Below are positions 28,422 to 40,689 of a DNA stretch of 64,000 bases, piece by piece (within the stretch, counting starts at the first letter, position 1; every line of letters begins with the position of its first letter). Under the pieces are notes generated by a model that saw only the letters and a program-made list of their open reading frames with translations, was not told where the DNA came from and made no database searches. The translations under genes were made by a program, and so were the position numbers. Source of the DNA: Camelus ferus (taxonomy: Eukaryota); assembly GCF_009834535.1 (NCBI RefSeq), contig NC_045697.1:10232001-10296000 (forward strand). The letters are read 5' to 3'.

Positions 28422-28528
28422 CAAATTCCAGCAGCCATCGAGATCGTCAAGGGCTTTCGGCGAAAAGCATGCTGCTTCCCCGACCGCACGCAGCCCGACC
28501 CACAGTGCTGACTACCCCCTCAGGCCAG
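28422..28528 (+). CDS. CC2D2A: CC2D2A coding exon ~26 (107 nt here; apparent +1 insertion near its 3' end)
   Basis: cctag|C AAA TTC CAG CAG ... CCC CTC AGG CCA G|gtaaag; [33 protein letters not shown]; ends in phase 1 while the next exon needs phase 0. Confidence 0.92.
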
Positions 28529-28696
28529 GTAAAGTACCCAAATGCTGGCTCTCCACTTAGATGCTTGCCCCTTATGTTTTTTAAGAATTGCCTAGAAACT
28601 TCATAGTCTGTTGTCTGCCTCGTTTTCTCTGGAAACATGCTATTTAGAAACATATTCTACCTCTGCTAAGAGCTGAACAATTCCACTGACTGTTAG

Positions 28697-28831
<135 letters not shown>

Positions 28832-29861
28832 TAAGCATTATTTTTCTCAAACCACAAGTGACTCAAACCAAGAATGAAATGGGAAAATGTCCAACTTTGA
28901 AACTCGGGCTCACTGTTAGGACACCCCCTCCTCTCCAGGCTCTGGCTTCTTATATCCCGAGCTTCGCATCCCCTTGTCCCACAGCCCCTACCCGGCTTTT
29001 CTTTCCTTCCCCATCTCTCCAATTCTGGAAGACTTAAGTGATTTTGAAGCTCCCTAGTTCCCATAAATTAAGCTTTCTCCCTCATCAGAAATAAATTGGC
29101 ATTTAAATTTTTTGATTAAATGATTTTAGGTATTTAAAAGACTCATTATTTCAGATCTTGAGGAAATCTTAGAAAGTACTTAGTCTACTGCTCTACTTTT
29201 ATAGAAGACAAACTAAAACCTAAAGACAGAAGGTGACACTTAATGCCAAATGGTAGACACAGAGTAAGGATTAGAACTAATTAAGTCAAAAGAGGGAAAC
29301 GTACCCTGTTACACATAGTACAAGCAAAAAGAATGAGAAAAGTGAGAGGCAGATGCTCAACAAAACAGATGCAGTAGCTTGGTCTCGAGCCACGCCATGG
29401 AGAGGCCTGCCTGGGCCAGGCGTGGCTGGACTCAGAGCAGGTGACGTGACAGGAGGTAAACTTCACCCCTGCGTTGCTTTACTTATCTGTGGGGAAAGTG
29501 AGTGGGAGGCAGGGACCATTCAACCAGCCACATAACAAAAGGACGTTTATGACCAGGGAATGGTCTAACAGAGAAGCACCTTTTAGAGCCCAGTTGCTCA
29601 GGAGCCCACACACCAGCCCCAGTGTCAGTTGGAGACCTTGTATGTAGCCCACCCCCTGAGCCAGCCCAGCCCCGGCCAGCCAGCTCCTTACAAAGCTCAC
29701 GGTGACTGGAGGATGATGTGACACTCACCAGGACAAGCCAGCAGAAGGTTCGTCTCCCTGCCCGGAGCCTCCAGTCCAGGGCCCCTTCCATGTGTGTACA
29801 GGTGCTGTGTTACAGTATCTCTGTGTTGCATAAGTCCTTTTAGTGAGAGACCTTCCTTTAG

Positions 29862-30083
<222 letters not shown>

Positions 30084-30136
30084 TGAGGAAGACATCTGTA
30101 CTCATTTTCATCTCCTCTACCCACTGCATAAGCCCT

Positions 30137-30655
30137 GTCAGGGAGGAGAAAAGTTCCCCTGACCTTTGTGGGCTCTTTTGGCTGGTCTAATAATTAAATT
30201 GCCACAAGACAGACTAACAGTGGAAAAAAACACAAATTTTAATTTTGTACATATAGAGATGTCATAGATATAGGATCTAAGACATGACCAAAGCAGACAG
30301 CTTTTATACCTTTTAGACAAGGAAAACAATAAATTTGTGAAGAATTGACAATTCAGACAGACAGACAATTGACAAGACAGACATTTGGGCTTGGGATAAT
30401 AAATTAGCAAAGAAGTAACAGGGTGTGTTTGTACAGCCTCATCAGCCCTGGATTCCCCGTCTCTGGTGATAAGGAAGTCTCTCCACCTCCCGGTGCAGGG
30501 AGGGCACCTTTCACACGGGAGATCTATTTCCGGCTTTCTGGAGACAAAGGAGGGTCAGAGTGTTCTTGCCCCAGCTGTTTTTCAAGAAATTTGAATTCAA
30601 AATAAACAATATTCCACTCTGACATATTTGGGACAGCCTGCCCTGAGCTCCATTA
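30137..30655 (-). mobile_element. ERV1-class solo LTR
   Basis: Starts tgtca, ~520 bp, 70 nt after exon 28; resembles reverse MER34/MER41-type LTRs; exact family not determined. Confidence 0.6.
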
Positions 30656-30905
30656 GTCCCCAGATTTGGAATATTTGAACCCTGATTTGTATACACAGGG
30701 AAAGGGAGAAGGGAGGAAGAAAACTAGCTTTTTAAAATTTTCAGTGTCTGCTGCGATCCAGGAATTGTACTAGGAGCTTTTCATACATTGTCTTAATTCT
30801 AAAATAACCCTACTAGATGGTTAAATCCCTAATTTATTCATGAGGAAACTGAGGTTCAGAGAGGTTAATTGACTTTCCTAGGGTCACACAACTAGTAAGT
30901 ATCTT

Positions 30906-31432
30906 GTGAATGAAAAATATTGCCTGCCATATCACTAAACAAAGGGTGCTGCAGCCATCAAGACACTGCAGCCACCCCCAACCGCGTACCCTGAGGGGCT
31001 CAGGAGGGGAAAGAACAGAACACTGGCTCTAGATAGCTAAGATGTGCATCAAAGGAATGATTTCATGGAGTCCAGACCCTCGTACCTTCCCTTACACAGA
31101 AAAGTGCTTAATACATTAACTTGAGATACCTGGTTTTCTTTAATTAACAGTACTCTTTTGAAGTTCCGACAATCTGGTTTTTTATATATATATATATATA
31201 TATAAATATATACATATATTTATATATGTATATATTTATATATATATGTATATGGGGGGGTGTGTGTGTGTATGTATACACACACATATATACACACACA
31301 CATACCCTGGCTTTTCCTTTACCTCTTCAGAGCAGTCTCTCAGAGACTGTCTTCGGAGCTTCAAGTCCTCAGAAAGACCACTGAATAAAACATAATTCTC
31401 AACTTTTAAGTTGTGCATTTTTTTCAGGTGAC
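30906..31432 (+). mobile_element. ERV1-class solo LTR interrupting a MIR
   Basis: TG...CA ends (tgtgaa...gtgaca), AATAAA near 31384; MIR sequence on both sides. Confidence 0.7.
31182..31305. repeat. Compound (TA)n-(TG)n-(CA)n microsatellite
   Basis: Read directly. Confidence 0.95.
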
Positions 31433-31575
31433 AGTTTCAACCAGAATGTGACTTAGGTCTGTTTAACCTAAACCAAGTGTGCTTTCAGCTATAATCTGCT
31501 GCTTTACTGCAGCTGAATTAATTAAATGACTGTCTGGAGTTGTTAACCAATTATTACTTCCCACCCCTCCTCTAG

Positions 31576-31683
<108 letters not shown>

Positions 31684-33239
31684 TGAAGTCAGAATTCTCT
31701 GGGAATAGGCAACTGCTCTAACTGCTCTATCCATTTTTCCTGATGAAGCTTTCTTTGTGGATATGCACCCTTACCTCTGAGAGAACTATATGCAAGACCG
31801 CTACTGGAAAGATAAAAAACCACTACATAAAGCCATTGATCTTCTGTCATATTTGCATGACTTATTAAAACATCTGTCTTCCTTACAGTTAGTAGTTCAT
31901 GTATGACGTTTCAAATCTGAGAATTTTTTTTAACATTTAAATAGAAGTGAAGAAGAAGGTGGGACAAAGTAGAAACTTACCAAAATGACAGAAGTGGAGT
32001 GGACAGATGCCTGAAAGTAACTTGAAGCAAACAATCGGGACAGCCAATGGCCCATTTGATCAAGTGCACTCCGTTAATGTTTCCAGAGTCCTCACTATTT
32101 AAAATGTGAAAAATGGTTGGTAGGGACTTGCTCAACTAAGACACCGTTCTTCAGAGTTCAGCAGTTTTGCTTAAGGGGGTCCATTAGGTTAACAATCCTT
32201 GAATGACTTAGTAGCTTTAATCTGGGACAGTTAAGGATTCTGAACCGGCTTTAATATCCCAGTATTAAATCCATGGCAACAGGAGGCTTTGAGCCATAGA
32301 CTGTAGCTAATCTCACTCAGACACAAAGGAAACGGTTTAATTCCACACGTGATGACCACATGGAGAAAATGCTGCCTGGGCCACAGTCTCAAGCAAGGTC
32401 AAGACCAAAACTCAAGTCTGAGAGGCCTGGACCAGGTGCAATCTCGAGCATCATTTGGAATTGCAGTGCTCCCCAGGCCAGAGGGACAGTCTGCAGGTGA
32501 GGCTGCAGTTACACGCTTGCCAAAAAATTTACATTTCCTTCTTTGAATAGATTCGAAAGGAAAAAAGTTTTAAAGAGCACATCATTTTGCAAATCAAACT
32601 GCCCACGTTATTTGGCATCACATTTGGAAGGGTACTCAGAAGTAATGACTCCAAACCCCTTCTTGATAAAGGAATCTCCTTTCCTCTACCCTGGAGAAGT
32701 CCATACTCTGGTAATGTCCCTCTAGAAGGAGGGCCCTCCCTACCTCACGGGGTAGCTTGCTCTCTTTCCAATAGCTCTGTTGTAAATCTCTTTTCTGTCC
32801 TCCCTGGAACCCTCATTTGTAGGTCCTAGTATGAAACTACACAAAGCAAGTAGAATCCTGATTCAGTATTAATAATAGGAGTAACTATATTATATTATAC
32901 AGGCGCATATTATATACCATTACCAGCTAGTTTATATGTCACCTAAATTAAACGTCACAGCAACCCAATAGGCATTATTGTCTCCATTTTATAGATGAAG
33001 AAATGGAAGAAAAGGGTGAGTAACTACTCAAATCCCAAAGCTTACAGCAGAGCTGGAATTCAACTTTTACCAGCTTCCAACATGCTTGCATTGGCTTATT
33101 CTTAAAGGAGACTGGTAAAAGGAGAGCTATTCAGTGTTTGCGTTTATTTGTTTCAGTATTGCTTTTGAGACTGATTTTGCATTAGGTTTGTCAGTTTAAA
33201 AGGTCTGTCTGCTTCCAAAGCTCATGCTCTGAAGTGAAC

Positions 33240-33410
33240 CCACAGGGGACATTCTGCAGTATCTGAGGACATTTTTGGTTGTTACAACTAGCAGGGGTGC
33301 AACTGGTATCCAGTGTGCTGAGGCCAGAAACACTACAAGCGTCCCACAACGCACAGGACAGCTCTCCAGAACAAAGCACTGCCCAGCTCCAGACGTGAGC
33401 ATTGCCGGTC
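33240..33410 (+). mobile_element. MER20
   Basis: caggggacattctgcagtatctgaggacatttttggttgttacaact...gaggccagaaacact. Confidence 0.75.
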
Positions 33411-34541
33411 CCCTCCCGGCTCATCTGTCTCGTTGACAGCAGAGCAGATGTGCTGGCTGTTCCCGCTGGACTTCACACGGCGCTGGCTTTATGCTCTCTT
33501 CTCCCTCTTCCGCCTGGTATGGGCTTTGGGGGAGCTCTACCAATGCAAGGAGGAAAATAAACAAAAGCTTACTTAATCCCTCTCTAGAGGGCATTAAGTT
33601 CTTTCTCTTACGTCTCCTGAGACATAACTGCCACAAAAGACTGAAATAAAAATTGGATTCTTTGAGAGTCCGTGAATCTCAGATGCTCGCCTCAGTAGTT
33701 TTGCAGCAGTGGACAGTCTTTCGTAACCTCACTGGTGCTTTGACTACACAGGACTAAAAATTCTGCCTTTTTGAACCTCTACCTAAGTTAGGTCATTTCA
33801 TGTAAACGGCCTGAAATTCATTCAGCCTACATTTATTGAGCACCTACTCAATACAAAACACTGCTATACATTGGAGAAGGGTGCACAGATTTTATTTGCA
33901 AAGAGCAATTATCTAAAAAATACGATAAATATGCACGTGACGACAAAGTCTGGCAGAACGTGTCTGTGCAACAGGTGAAAGCAGTGCCCCGTACGTGAGG
34001 CTGGCGGAGGTAACAAAAGCAACCATGAAGATGACACCTGACCCGAGCCTTGAAGAATGACTGAAGTCTAAAAGGTGGAGACGGGAAGCTGGGGCATTCC
34101 AGAGAAGGGGACCGACCGCTAGCTGACACTCACTTACCTTACGACAGGCATTTTCCTTAGTGTTCTACGTCTGTTAAGCCTTGAGTGCACGCAACTGCCC
34201 CACAAAGTAGGTACTACTGCTGTCTCCTTTTTACAAATGCAGAAGCCGAGTCACTTAGAGTTTAATCCAAGATTTGAGCCCAGGCAATCTGGTGTTGGTT
34301 TCAACTTGCATAATTTGTACATGCTCTCATGAACTAAGGAGAGAAGGCAGGAAAAGACAGAGCCCTTTCTATGCGAGCTTAAGGAGACCAGCCTGGAGAG
34401 ACCAGGTTAGGGGGGTGGGGCCCTGAATACCAGTCTGAGCAGCGTTTACTAAATTCATCAGATGATGAGGAGTTGACACTTGCCCTTGAACTTCTGTTGG
34501 AAAATCACCAGGAGGCTTACCAAGTCGCATTTTCTTCACAG

Positions 34542-34718
34542 ATTGAAGGAACCTTTAAAATCAATATTCCCCCAGTTCTTCTGGGCTACAGCAAGGAGCG
34601 AAGCGTGATTGCTGAGCGGGGTTTTGACTCTGTCCGAAGCCTCAGTGAAGGCTCCTACATCACCCTGTTCATTACCCTGGAGCCCCAGCTGGTTCCCGGG
34701 GAGTCAGTTCGAGAAAAG
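34542..34718 (+). CDS. CC2D2A: CC2D2A coding exon ~30 (177 nt)
   Basis: cacag|ATT GAA GGA ... GAA AAG|gtaact; [59 protein letters not shown]. Confidence 0.96.
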
Positions 34719-36866
34719 GTAACTGCATACTCTTTGAAATCGCGCGTCTGACGCAGATGAAACGTGGGAAGTGCTTGCCAGGCTCCACTTTTATAAACTT
34801 GGACTAAATGGCACAAGCAGAGATTCCCTTACTTCAGCGACTGTTTATTACTCTGTTAGTCTGGACAGAACAAAGGTGAGAGAACAGCTGTGTGAGTCTG
34901 TTTTTTCCACTGTGTCAATAATTACGTCGATCAGCAATTTAAACTTTTAGCAAAGCGAGACAAATATGAACATGCTTTGCTTTTCAAAGAATTTTCTCAA
35001 CAGGAAGAAAACGAAATATGACAGACTGGAAAAGCAGGCTGCTCTATTATCTTGACATTTATTGGCAAGGGTGCTGACATACATTTCCAAGGCTGACCTC
35101 ACAATCCTGGTTGTGTTGTATATTGAATCAATTCATAGGATCATAAAGCTAAGACCCTCAGTGGTCACCACAGTCCATTTCAGTGCCTTCAGACAGAAAC
35201 AAATAAATATATGCACACGTCCTCTAATTTTGCATAGCTCTAGACAAAAAATTTCTAGGACTTCTATTTGTTAGCATCTGTTTCTCCACCTTCATAACTG
35301 GGAGATACTTTCTTAATTTAACATACTTTGAGCAGCATTGATGCATACTGCCCTCATGGGATTTAGGAGAAAGTATTGATCGTGACCTTTTATTATTATA
35401 AATTCATACAGTAATAACAACCTCCACCAACACCATGTATTGACTTGTTACTCTGTCAGACAGTGATGTATGTCCTCTCTTTTAAACTCACAGCTGTCCT
35501 GTACACTGGGTCTGCTACTGAGAGACGAGGGCAGTGAGGCTCAACTGTCCAGGGTCACCCGGGCAGTAAATGGCAGAGCTAACAATTAAACAACTGTCTG
35601 ACTTTAAAGCATATGTCTTCAACAAATATTTACTGAGCATCTTCTATATGACAGGCATTTTTTTAGGTACTGGGGACAAAGCAGCCTAAAGAAGTGGCTA
35701 AAAATTCCTCGGAGCTTACACTCATACGTGAGCCCACACGGTTAACTAAGCCATTCTGCACATGTTGTTATGCTGACTCTTTATCCACTGTAATTAAGAC
35801 TCAGAGATGACAAAGAATGAGCAATTCCTCTGTTTCTTTTTCAGTTTTACAATGTGGTTCACAGAGAAAAATACCACCATTATTTCCTATTTGCAAGGCA
35901 TTTACAGGAAAACATGAAGGATTGTTGGAAAAACGAATCTACTGAAATTCAAATTAATCTCATATGCTAGCATTTGTCACTAACGCTGTGACAAATATGT
36001 TCTCCAGAAAACATGTTAGCATATATACATTTCAGAATATTTCTAGAGAGGGAAACATGTATTCAGAGTGCTCTTCTTCATGTATAAACTCAAGAGAAAG
36101 CCAACAAGCATGTCTACCAGAAGAACACTCTCAGATAAAAGATGATTTTGCTATTTCAGACGCAGTCAGCAAGCACTCCATCTGGAGGTGAGCTTCCAAA
36201 ACACGTGCGAGCAGTGTGACTGAGGCTGAAAACCAGAGATGTCCTTGCTGTCAGGCGTTCTTCCCAGGCACTGACCAATGCAGGAGTTTTTAAGATCCTA
36301 TAGCCTTCCTTCCTTAAAATGAGATGTCTAAGCGGTCAGCCGCTGCCTTCCGTGGCATTTCACTGCCCCGCTGTGGCTGTTACGGAGTGTTGCTCTTAGA
36401 CCTTTACAGTGAAGGCATAAGGAAGCCCCTTCAGAACGCAGACCCTGGAGATCCTTGATAAGGAAGGCTTGTGCACTGACAGAACCCGGCGCCCTGCACA
36501 CGCAGCGGCAGAAACCACCACTCAGTGACCCCCTGCAGATTATTCAGGACCGAGAAGCACTCATTTTGAATCATAGGGACCACAAACCCAGAATTGTTTT
36601 TCTGCTTAACAGCAACTTTCAGGATTAGCAGATCAGTGCTCTCTCCACCATGACCCCATATTGAACCAATCCATATGATTTTTTTTTCAAGGTATTTACT
36701 CATAGAACTTCCCAAAAAATTCGTAGCAACTCCTGAAATTCTTATTTTAACATCCCCTACTTTACATTGTCTCAGGAAAAACAGAAAAAAAAAATTTTAA
36801 ATAGATCATTTCTGTTAATAAAGTCTTCCTCTTGTTTCCTCTTTTTTTCTTTCTTGCATCTGATAG

Positions 36867-36887
36867 ATGAGTGACATGCTTAAAAAG
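36867..36887 (+). CDS. CC2D2A: Putative alternative 21-nt microexon of CC2D2A (MSDMLKK), probably photoreceptor/neural-specific
   Basis: polypyrimidine tract, tgatag|ATGAGTGACATGCTTAAAAAG|gtacta; phase 0-0 fits between REK and FDSQ; UGC upstream, three UAG downstream. Confidence 0.82.
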
Positions 36888-38682
36888 GTACTAAGTGTTT
36901 TGTTTTGTCATCAGTCAATAGTTATTAGGCTTCAATTAGCTGCTTCTGTCCTCTGCCGTCTAACAGAAGCTGCTGGGTCCTAACATGTGTGTGATCCCTT
37001 GGCCATGAACTACAGATGCCTGTAATTCATGAAGAATGTCCAGCTTTGTCTTTTGGCCCATTTCTTTTCGTCAGAAAGATTCTTACTTAGCTCTGAATCG
37101 GGAAGTCACGTGTCTGAATGTCACTTGCGTACTGGGAGCTACCTCCACTGTTTCCAGGTCCTTAAATCCATGGGCTGCTTCTTACAGAAACAGTGTGGTT
37201 GTGACAGTTCTTTCTGGTCAGTGGAGCTGCCACAGTTTAGGTATTCAAAGGGAAAATCAACCTCATTCAGTTTTCTGCAAATATTTACATTAACCTAGAG
37301 GTCAAAGAATCGGCCCAGTTAAGAATCTTCCAAATTTCATGTTCAGTCAGATTGTGAATTTGTCAGATTCACATTTATTTGTTTCATAATAAACGACCCA
37401 AATCCTTTTACTATTTAACTTCCGCTTGGCACTTCTTAGATTACCAACATAACAGACTACTCCTTAGATTACTGTTTCAATCCATTGAATGGCACCCTGG
37501 TGGCCTAAATAAGTATGAATGATCATTAACAGATACCTGTTAAATGCTTACCTTCTGCATACTCAGTGTAGAGAAGAGCGCAGATGATTCCGACATGAGC
37601 CCTGCTCTCAGGAAGCACTGGTTAGAGTCAAAATACACAGCAGTACATAAAGGTCCAAGTGGTAGGAAAGGTTTTATACATACTTTTTTCAACTTGGACA
37701 GCCAGTAGTCAGGGCTGATTCAAGATCTTTCCTGTTCTTGCTGGACGGTGCCAACAGCTGCCTCTCGTCAATGCTTCGGTAGCATACTGTGTCTATCACC
37801 GTAGGATCTCTGGTCAAGTATTTTAAGTGCCTGATTGCTTATTGCTGTTCTCCTCTAGACTAGCAGTTTCTTGTGGGTACCATTTCATATACATTAATCC
37901 AGAGTGCCTGGAACCTTTTAGACTTTCAGCAAACACTTTTCAAATAATTGGAGAAATATGTAAATTAGTGAGTTGGAAGGAAACACAGATGAATTCAACA
38001 GGGTGCTTTTTTTCACACCACCCATCCATTTCGTAATTCTTAACCTTTCTAAAGTTACAATTATTTCTGCCTTAAGAGTCTGTGACACACCCATACCAAA
38101 GTCTTATAAGCTCACCTTTTTCATTTATTTATCTATCCTTCATCATACCTAGTTGGTAGCTGCCATGTCTTGGCACTTTGCAGAGTAGTGGATGGTTATG
38201 ATTATGACGATGTTAAGATTCGGGTGTCGAGGGACATCCAGTGATAACGTATAGGAGGCTTCTGGAGATGCCCCCATCCTACCTAACCCCCACAACTGCT
38301 ACCCAAATTTCTCAGGATACAACAATCAAATTAGAACCAAGAGCCACAATCCAGCTCCAATATAAGAGGATCAAGAACAATTAGGATATTTTAGATTGTA
38401 TTTAAAGTCATAAAAAAGTAATGGGATATTTTCTATGTTCCCATTCATTTACTCAACAACATTTGTTAAGCAGTTATCATGTGCTGAGTAGTATCCTCGA
38501 TACTGGAGATAAAAAACTGATAAAAACAAAATCCCTGACTTCAGGAATCTTACTCTATGAGGGAGACAAAGTAAACGAATGTATCAGTAGATTTAAATGC
38601 TAAAAAAATAAAGCCGAGTGTGAAGGGGATATAGCTGGATGTATTTCCCTCCTCAAAAACGAACAAAACTGACAAATTTCTA

Positions 38683-38712
38683 TAAATAAATAAATAAATA
38701 AATAAATAAATA
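38683..38712. repeat. (TAAA)n microsatellite
   Basis: Read directly. Confidence 0.95.
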
Positions 38713-39568
38713 CTGTCAAGTACTGCCTGGAATCTAAATTCTACTTAGAGTTAATTTTCTAATAAAATTGTGCATTTGTCTTCAAATCCTTTGAAATATA
38801 AGCAATCATACATATACTTTTATACTAAACAACAAAATTCTTATAAAAATATTTAAATATCTGCTTTTTTCATGCTACTTTTCAGCAATTGCTGGAGGGA
38901 GTAATGACACCATACATCTAGAGACAACTGAAATTTGTTCTGTTTCATCTGTTTTGAGTTACTTTAAAAAGTCTGGGACTTGGCTCATCTTGGATCAGAA
39001 AACCACCTAAGAAAACTATTACACATTTTACATTTCTAGGTCTGCTTCCTTGTACGTTGAGACACGTTAGTGTTATCTATCACATTGATTATGGATTTCA
39101 AATTTTTGAACATACCCATAAATACCTGTAAATTTGTTGTCCTTTTAACATGAGTTGCTTTGGCTTTGCATTTGAGATGCTAGATTTCTAAGCTCCTCTC
39201 CCCTCTAAAACCAGTCTCAGAATACAAATAAAACCATTGCTGGGTCTCATCAGAATTAGTACATCATAGTTTAATTATTATATGTTGTTTTATTAACCCA
39301 GTAATTTCCATAGCGCTGCTTGCCTGTTGACTACTTTCTTTCAATCCTGTTGGATATATTTAATGTATTTAATAAACCCATCTAATTTTTAGATTATAAA
39401 TATAATTAAACAAAGCTTCAGGAACACCAGGGCGTGACAGTTCTGTAAGAGGTCGTTAAATCATGCTTCCTGACACATGTTGAGTTTATGTTGACTGTGG
39501 GATCTGAACAGGTTCTACTGCGTCTCCTGTAATCATAAAAAAATTCCACAGAGTCTTTCTTTTTAAAG

Positions 39569-39772
39569 TTTGATTCTCAGGAAGATGAGAAATTGCTTCA
39601 AGCAACAGAGAAGTTTCAAGCTGAATGTGCCCTAAAGTTTCCAAATCGTCAGTGCCTTACAACAGTGATTGACATCAGCGGGAAGACCGTCTTTATTACG
39701 CGTTATCTCAAGCCTTTGAACCCTCCTCAGGAGCTCCTTAATGCCTACCCCAACAACCCCCAGGCAACAGCA
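39569..39772 (+). CDS. CC2D2A: CC2D2A coding exon ~31 (204 nt)
   Basis: ttaaag|TTT GAT TCT CAG ... ACA GCA|gtaagt; [68 protein letters not shown]. Confidence 0.96.
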
Positions 39773-40689
39773 GTAAGTATTTCATAGCCAATCAGTGTTG
39801 GTGCTAAAAAGGTTTTAAAATTTCAATGTACTGCCCTCTCAGTTACCGTATTTCACAGTACTTAGGACAGTAACTATATCAAGGTCATTGGTGATTAAAG
39901 TCAGGATTACAACTATTTTAGTACCACGAGGCTTACTTTCTTTAACAGAGTCTGAAGGTGCCAGCGAGGATAATCATTTAGTCCATCCATTCCGTGAGCA
40001 GTTAAGTACTGAGTGCTTACTGCTTCCCTGGCATTATGTTGGGTGCTAGAAAATTAACACTGGGAAGATGCTGTATCTACACTTTCTCCACGTCTTATAC
40101 AAACACGTTTTCATTACGTGTTCTCTATAACTTTGCTAGAATTTGAATCTAGGCCTCTGATGTCAAAACTCATGCACTTTCTATTATAGCAAGATAACTA
40201 TTCAGTATTATACTTAATGCTCTAATCATTAAATTCAAAACAAGCAAAAATTATTTCCAAGATTTAAGTATATACATAGGCCATCACCACAAAAAGCATC
40301 CATGCTGATGTATTAAATATACATGCACCATGTTCTGCCTGCAGAGCACCAGACCTATTGTGATCTCACGTGAACAGACACTGTACGTTAAACGGGCTAT
40401 TCTTAGGTCGATACTGTAACCCCTAACTGTCTGGAGGGTGGACAGTATAGAGAGTAATTGCTGCTAATAAGTCATTAATATTGTAATTTAGGGATAAGGT
40501 AATGATACACCTATTTGCATATATAAACACCTTGTGTTCCACATTTCATTTACCTTTTTATTATTCAACTTTTATTAAAAGCCAGAATAGGGACTTCTAT
40601 TCTCTTTAGCATAGAAGATATGCAGAAACCTTCTCCAGTAGAGAACACTTAAGAGTTATGAGTAAAATATTTAAAACATGTTTTAAATC

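Noticed and set aside
35821..35860. Possible 9-nt microexon (ttttcag|TTTTACAAT|gtggtt)
   Set aside because: Donor is very weak and there is no adjacent UGC motif; cannot be supported without RNA data
39569..39580. In-frame internal acceptor (tctcag) 12 nt into exon 31
   Set aside because: FDSQ matches the orthologous protein as I recall it; nothing indicates use of the inner site
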